From: Carcharhinus longimanus | Lineage: Eukaryota | Direction: 5' to 3' | DNA length: 64,000 nt | Assembly: GCA_030264375.1 (NCBI GenBank) | Contig: JASCQW010000081.1 | Location: 58,763,856-58,827,855, forward strand | Part shown: piece by piece, positions 59,801 through 64,000 of the stretch | How positions within the stretch are numbered: the stretch's first letter is position 1 | Layout of the letters: every line of letters starts with the position of its first letter | Position numbers and translations under genes: made by a program | Notes under the pieces: generated by a model | Database searches by the model: none | The model's input: only the letters and a program-made list of their open reading frames with translations | What the model was told of the DNA's origin: nothing

Positions 59801-62800
59801 ATTACTTTGCATGGAGTTTGATCACCTAACTTACATCTGAGCAGGGGTTTCAACGTTAAATGAATTTTAAATAACTGACATACCAAATTTTAGGGATAAA
59901 ATTCTTTTGCAATGGAAAAGTTTATTATTTGCATGGACAATTTTGATTTAATATTTTAAACAACTGTGTCAAAGAATGTTCGAAAATTGGAGTTGAAATG
60001 GTGAATATAAGAGATCTTCTATCATATCAATCACATAAATGTTTCCGAAACTGAACATCCTGTAGGTTTCATGTTGTGAAAATATTTCTGTTTTTGGTGC
60101 TTCAGATTGCAGATTATCTTTTGCTTAACAAAAGTAATTACCCACAAAATGTGACGAGTGCAAATCACATCACCAACGTGTTATTAGAAGCCACAGATGA
60201 AAGCCATGTTAAGCTCACCTCTGCTGATCTGCTAGCATTGACAAGATTTCTTGGAAATGTCGCTGAGCTGGATTTTGCAACAGAAGCAAATAATTCAGAA
60301 GCAATTATGAGTTTGGCTACTAACTACGTAAAATTGGCAAGCAAAATCATAGATGTCAAGTGCTCCTTTGAATGGCTCATTATATCTGAGGTGTGAGAAT
60401 GCTTTATTTCAGTAACTTAATTGTACAATAATTAAATGTTTAAATATCTTTGTGAAGCAGAAAATAAATTAGACCTGTGAAATATAAATGTTAATCTACT
60501 AAACTTTTATGTGAAGCCAAATTACTTTCAGCTAGTAGATAATAGGTACTTTGGAAACAGATTGGAACAGCAGCTGTTAACGCAATATACTATAAAGCAA
60601 TATCTGTGCGTTATTGAAGAAATAATGCAGCCACAGGAGGGTGATGTTTGCAATACTAAAAATTAAGTGATTGTTTTCTGTTAGTTTAGTGTTATCAAAC
60701 TATATAATAGCACCGCTTTGATTTTTTTTTTGAAACATGAAAATGTTACCTTTTTAATGTTTGAAATTTAAAACAGGAAGTACTGGTGATTGTTTATATA
60801 AGATTTAATGATATTTAATGTTTCATGCAACGTTCTATGGAATCAGGAATTGAGAAAAATATTGAAATCATTGAGGCTGCTGTGTCCACTTCTTCTGTTA
60901 TTCACATATAACAGTGTTGCAAAATTGAGTGGCTGAGCACTGTAATCCCTCAATGAATCTAAACAAAACCATAACTGACAAAATGCAGCTGCAACGGTAA
61001 GGTGAAGGGACAGCTTCTGTTAGCACAATAGTTCTACTGCCCAGAGCCCCTCTTGCTGAATGTTGCTATCCCTTACCTTTCCCCCCAAGCTCCAGTCCCC
61101 CACCCCGACTTTTGTCACACCTAATACTTACTTCCCGTGAGTATTCCAACACTTTGATTGCTCTTCTACTTTTTCCATCTCCTAATATCTAATTCCTAAC
61201 ACATTTTACAATGCCCACCCAATGTGGTAAAAAGCACCATTGCTCTTTACTAAACTCACCCCCGCTTCTTCCACATGCTCACATCATCTTCTCTCTGAGC
61301 TCACTTACTACTACAACTAATTCCAGTTTCCAGGACATGATGTCACTATTTGCACGTCTCATGACTTACTAGTCCTCTCTTTCAAATATATACCAAGGCT
61401 TCACATGTTGTATTCTGCGATTGCAGCTATTGTTTTTACTTTGTTCTTTATACTATTGGTGTTCCATGTACCCACCTTCACTTTTTCACATCTAAAACCC
61501 TGTTCTAATTTACATTGTACATTTGAACTCACCTAATATTCTAAACCCTAGATTTTCTGACATGCCCTGTACACAGTCAAAATAAAATGTTTTTAGAATT
61601 TACATTTGTACTGTCCATGTGAGGTCAGGGCAGCAGTAATCAGCAAGAGAGACGTGGCACAAGAGAGTTATTGCGATAACAATGGCTTTCCCTTCTCACC
61701 ATTGTTTTCATTACTTGTATTTTATTGATTTTGGTAATGTTTATACTCACTCGTTTGCTGCAATGAACTCACCCAATTTTATTAATGATTCCCGCAGTCA
61801 CGAAAATTACCATGCGCTGGAAATTTCCCAGGTAGTTGTGAAAGGCTGTTCTGAGCCAGTGGAACTGTCTTTGGAGCTTTGAAACATTGCATAGAATGTT
61901 GGCTACTGTCACATCAAAAGCAGTTGGAGAATTTTAGAAGCATTCTTCACAAGCGAGTATACTAAAGGAAATGCTTAAATTGTGACCTCTGTTTTGGCAG
62001 GCTATCCATGGACCGTATGTTATAATTCACAATGTTGATATACTTGCTGAGAAGCTGTCTGATATTTTATTTTCTATTGGACAAAGTATTGTCCTGTCAA
62101 CAGAGAACATAGGTAAGAATTGAGTTAAGCGTTTAATTTCTTTCAAGGAACGTTAATAGTTTCAGGAGCTTGTTTGAGCTATGTCTGATGTCAGATTGTT
62201 TTCCTCATGACTGAGTCCAGATTTTTAAATTCTGATAAACAAGTAGATTTGTTTTCTAATGCTGTGATAATTTTGTTCTAGAACTCTTCATGCCGCTGTG
62301 TTATGTTTGTAAACTTAATTGGGGGAAACATAAGAACATAAGAAATAGGAACAAGAGTAGGCCATCTAGCCCCTCGAACCTGTCCCGCCATTTAATAAGA
62401 TCATGGCTGATCTGATTGTGGTTCAGTCCCACTTATCTGCCTGCTCCCCATAACCCTTAATTCCCTTATTGGTCAGAAATCTATCTACCTGTGACTCAAA
62501 CACATTTAACGAGGTAACTGCCACTGCTTCAATGGGCAGAGAATTCCAAAGATTCACTACCCTCTGGGAGAAGAAGTTCCTCCTCAACTCTGTTCTAAAT
62601 TGACTCCCCCTTATTTTGAGGCTGTGCCCTCTAGTTCTTGTTTCCATTCTAAGTGGAAATAATCTCTCTGCTTCTACCCTGTCTAGCCCCTTCAATATCT
62701 TATATGTCTCTAAGATCTCCCCTCAGCCTTCTAAACTGCAACGAGTACAGGCCCAATCTACTCGATCTCTCCTCATAAGCTAATGCCCTCATCTCCGGAA

Positions 62801-63785
62801 TCAACGGGGTGAACCTTCTCTGTACGCCCTCCAAGCCAATATCCCCTTTTGCAAATAAGGGGACCAAAATTGCACACAGTACCCTAGCTGTGGCCTCACG
62901 AGTACCTTGTACAATTGCAGCAAGACCTCCCTGCTTTTATACTCCATTCCCATTGCGATAAAGGCCAACATTCCATTTGCCTTCTTGTTTTCTAAATACA
63001 TCATGGTGCCCCTTTAATTCAATCCATCAACTTTGGTCAGTGCATAGGCTATTCATCTGGAAAATAAAACACAAGTTGAAAAGTCAGACATTTATATTAA
63101 AGTCAGACTACTATATTTTGTAGTCTGGCAGACTTCACATGGACTGTCATGCATTTCAAAAGATTACCCTGTGATGGCATGGTTGAGTCTATCGAATGGG
63201 TAACCGAGTCATAAACCAGGAAGGTGCTCGGGTTTGATTTGCGCAGAATGACCTGATATTCTGTTGGGTGCCAGAAGAAGGGTTACATTTTGTCTCAGGT
63301 ACTTTGCTGTGGAAATCACGTGGAGGAGGATTGCCAGTTTGAGCAGAACAATAAGGATATATAAACCAGTGGACATGATGAGTTCCTACTCCTGATTGTA
63401 AGGAAATGAGCGTGCGTGGATATTGGGCAAGTAGATTGGTCTTGGCTGTGATGCATCTTGTAGTCAAGTGAAACTCTGTGCTAAAGACTCATGTATACAT
63501 AATGGCCAGTTTGGGTGAAATACTGGAGAATACTCAGCATCTATTCGATCCGAACTTCAGAAAGCATCAATGACTTTATGGCTGTGGGAAGGGGCAGGAA
63601 GAGAAAGAAAATCTGCATTTGCATAAAATTGTTCTAATATAATCTTCTAGATATGCAGATCAAAGCGAGTCAGTTGTCCAGTTTGGAAAGTGACCTTGTT
63701 TACAAACCCAAGTGTCTTTCTGCTCGGAATCGAGTGGATGAAATCCACATTGATAATACAGAGATGTCCCGGCTTCTCACTTTAG
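44864..63785 (+). CDS. Adhesion GPCR, ADGRD2/GPR144-like (signal peptide, split C-type lectin, pentraxin, start of GAIN); 3' part runs beyond the window
   Basis: In-phase exons: (44864 or 44972)-45029, 45278-45511, 52092-52733, 57051-57245, 59578-59663, 60106-60390, 62001-62112, 63651-63785. The PTX motifs WHHLCVSW, GGVFIVGQEQDTFGGSF and LHIWDRVL, and the helical segments LTSADLLALTRFL and IHGPYVII, follow the order I recall for human GPR144. Orthologue versus paralogue is unresolved, so no symbol is given. Confidence 0.88.
44972..45029 (+). CDS. Putative signal-peptide exon (MSFCICFYPQFFCVAGMFA)
   Basis: Hydrophobic stretch ending at phase-1 donor G|gtcagt, compatible with the next exon. 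An in-frame upstream ATG at 44864 makes the start uncertain. Confidence 0.55.
45278..45511 (+). CDS. C-type lectin N-terminal half exon (YYEYVPMQLQWTMAEKLCRQRFGYLSAI...LWIG)
   Basis: ccctcag acceptor, gtgaga donor; 234 nt, phase 1-1; W..A...C....G.L..I and WIG motifs. Confidence 0.88.
50085..51220 (+). mobile_element. CR1 3' fragment interrupted by a family B palindrome (50312-50832), which itself holds a V-SINE
   Basis: RFLTMV..M...LEKL.L..LEKR.L.GDLI; CR1 resumes after duplicated gagaaactgttcct/gagagactattcct; tail tatgattcta. Confidence 0.85.
50482..50788 (-). mobile_element. Full-length V-SINE
   Basis: On the minus strand: A box tggcacagtggtt, B box gggttcaattccc, V core, tail gtgactaataaataaacttt. 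Confidence 0.9.
52092..52733 (+). CDS. Pentraxin (PTX/LamG-like) domain exon
   Basis: ctcctgtttag acceptor, gtaatt donor; 642 nt, phase 1-1; HxCxSW and GQEQDxxGGxF signatures. Confidence 0.95.
53330..53780 (+). mobile_element. Decayed LINE 3' end sharing its tail with the 34895 SINE family
   Basis: ccatccaagacaaagcagcctgcttgattggca...ggttcaagaaggcagctcac...gagggcaattagga. Confidence 0.6.
54088..54260. mobile_element. Palindromic family A element with central (ribozyme) part deleted
   Basis: agtaagaagtctc...gtttatttgg / aaataaacctgttggactttaacctggtgttgtgagacttcttact; flanks catacacaatag/catatacaatag. Confidence 0.85.
55059..56208. mobile_element. Non-autonomous PIF/Harbinger-like DNA transposon (contains a gap)
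   Basis: 17-bp TIRs ggacccgaatttaccat / atggtaaaatcgggccc (2 mismatches); 3-bp duplication TCT on both sides; GC-rich interior. Confidence 0.8.
56638..56810 (-). mobile_element. CR1 ORF2 fragment (end of endonuclease/linker)
   Basis: DHSMVEF...LNRGEYDRMREELANVDW...AEEQW. Confidence 0.8.
57051..57245 (+). CDS. C-type lectin C-terminal half exon (IVWVDGT...CVAFDPLTGTWTTELCSKQKEALCRY)
   Basis: ttcattccattggag acceptor (GAG), gtgaat donor; 195 nt, phase 1-1; WVDG, CV, W....C.......C pattern. Confidence 0.85.
58205..58405 (-). mobile_element. SINE (same family as 3222-3370)
   Basis: ggtgatttaacctaaggatcaccacacc...gcaaggttgagaaggcggg...cagccggtacgggaatt. Confidence 0.7.
59578..59663 (+). CDS. 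aGPCR linker exon (TYEQMQEISSLPPSPFFLHVKEKSVGVS)
   Basis: ccctttcag acceptor, gtgagt donor; 86 nt, phase 1-0. Confidence 0.82.
60106..60390 (+). CDS. aGPCR GAIN subdomain A exon (IADYLLLNKS...FEWLIISE)
   Basis: gcttcag acceptor, gtgtga donor; 285 nt, phase 0-0; amphipathic helices and N-glycosylation sequons. Confidence 0.88.
62001..62112 (+). CDS. aGPCR GAIN exon (AIHGPYVIIHNVDILAEKLSD...VLSTENI)
   Basis: ttttggcag acceptor, gtaaga donor; 112 nt, phase 0-1; ends in GAIN-like 'TENI'. Confidence 0.88.
62327..62990 (-). mobile_element. Young 5'-truncated CR1 LINE
   Basis: KANGMLAFI...VLLQLYKVLVRPQL.YCVQFWSP; RTRGHSLKI...RRNFFSQRVVNLWNSLP; tail (ttcttatg)n. Confidence 0.95.
63651..63785 (+). 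CDS. aGPCR GAIN exon (MQIKASQLSS...EIHIDNTEMSRLLTL)
   Basis: aatcttctag acceptor, gtaagt donor; 135 nt, phase 1-1; open frame. Confidence 0.82.
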   Translation: MCRSKRVSCPVWKVTLFTNPSVFLLGIEWMKSTLIIQRCPGFSL

Positions 63786-64000
63786 GTAAGTGTCACTGAA
63801 TAGTATCGTTTGCACCTTCTGCTTTAGATTTAATAATTTTTAAGTAGAGATTTTCCTGTTGAATGCTAACCACCAAAATTACTCATCCACTTTTCTTAGT
63901 GTTGTCATGGTTGAATTTCTAAGATAATGAAAAGTTTCAAATAAATGTTTGTCTACTTCAAAACAGGAAACATCAAATAAGCTAAAAATAAAAATGTAGC

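Overview
Vertebrate nuclear DNA, most likely from a shark or other elasmobranch judging by its CR1 LINE, V-SINE, Deu-SINE and Penelope-type repeats. It is a draft assembly with many N gaps, several flanked by duplicated sequence. Two spliced genes lie on the + strand. (1) The last 11 coding exons and 3' UTR of KIF14 (964-39066, ending ...RAVQWV*). (2) The 5' part of an ADGRD2/GPR144-like adhesion GPCR (about 44.9 kb to beyond the window end). Main observations: the receptor's C-type lectin domain is split into two exons with a whole pentraxin exon between them, all phase 1-1. The KIF14-to-receptor adjacency suggests an ADGRD2 ohnolog on the NR5A2 paralogon. Two families of palindromic, target-site-duplicated elements carry minimal hammerhead-ribozyme cores. 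Most ORFs in the supplied track are spurious or repeat-derived. All homology calls come from my recall of the families, not from a database search.
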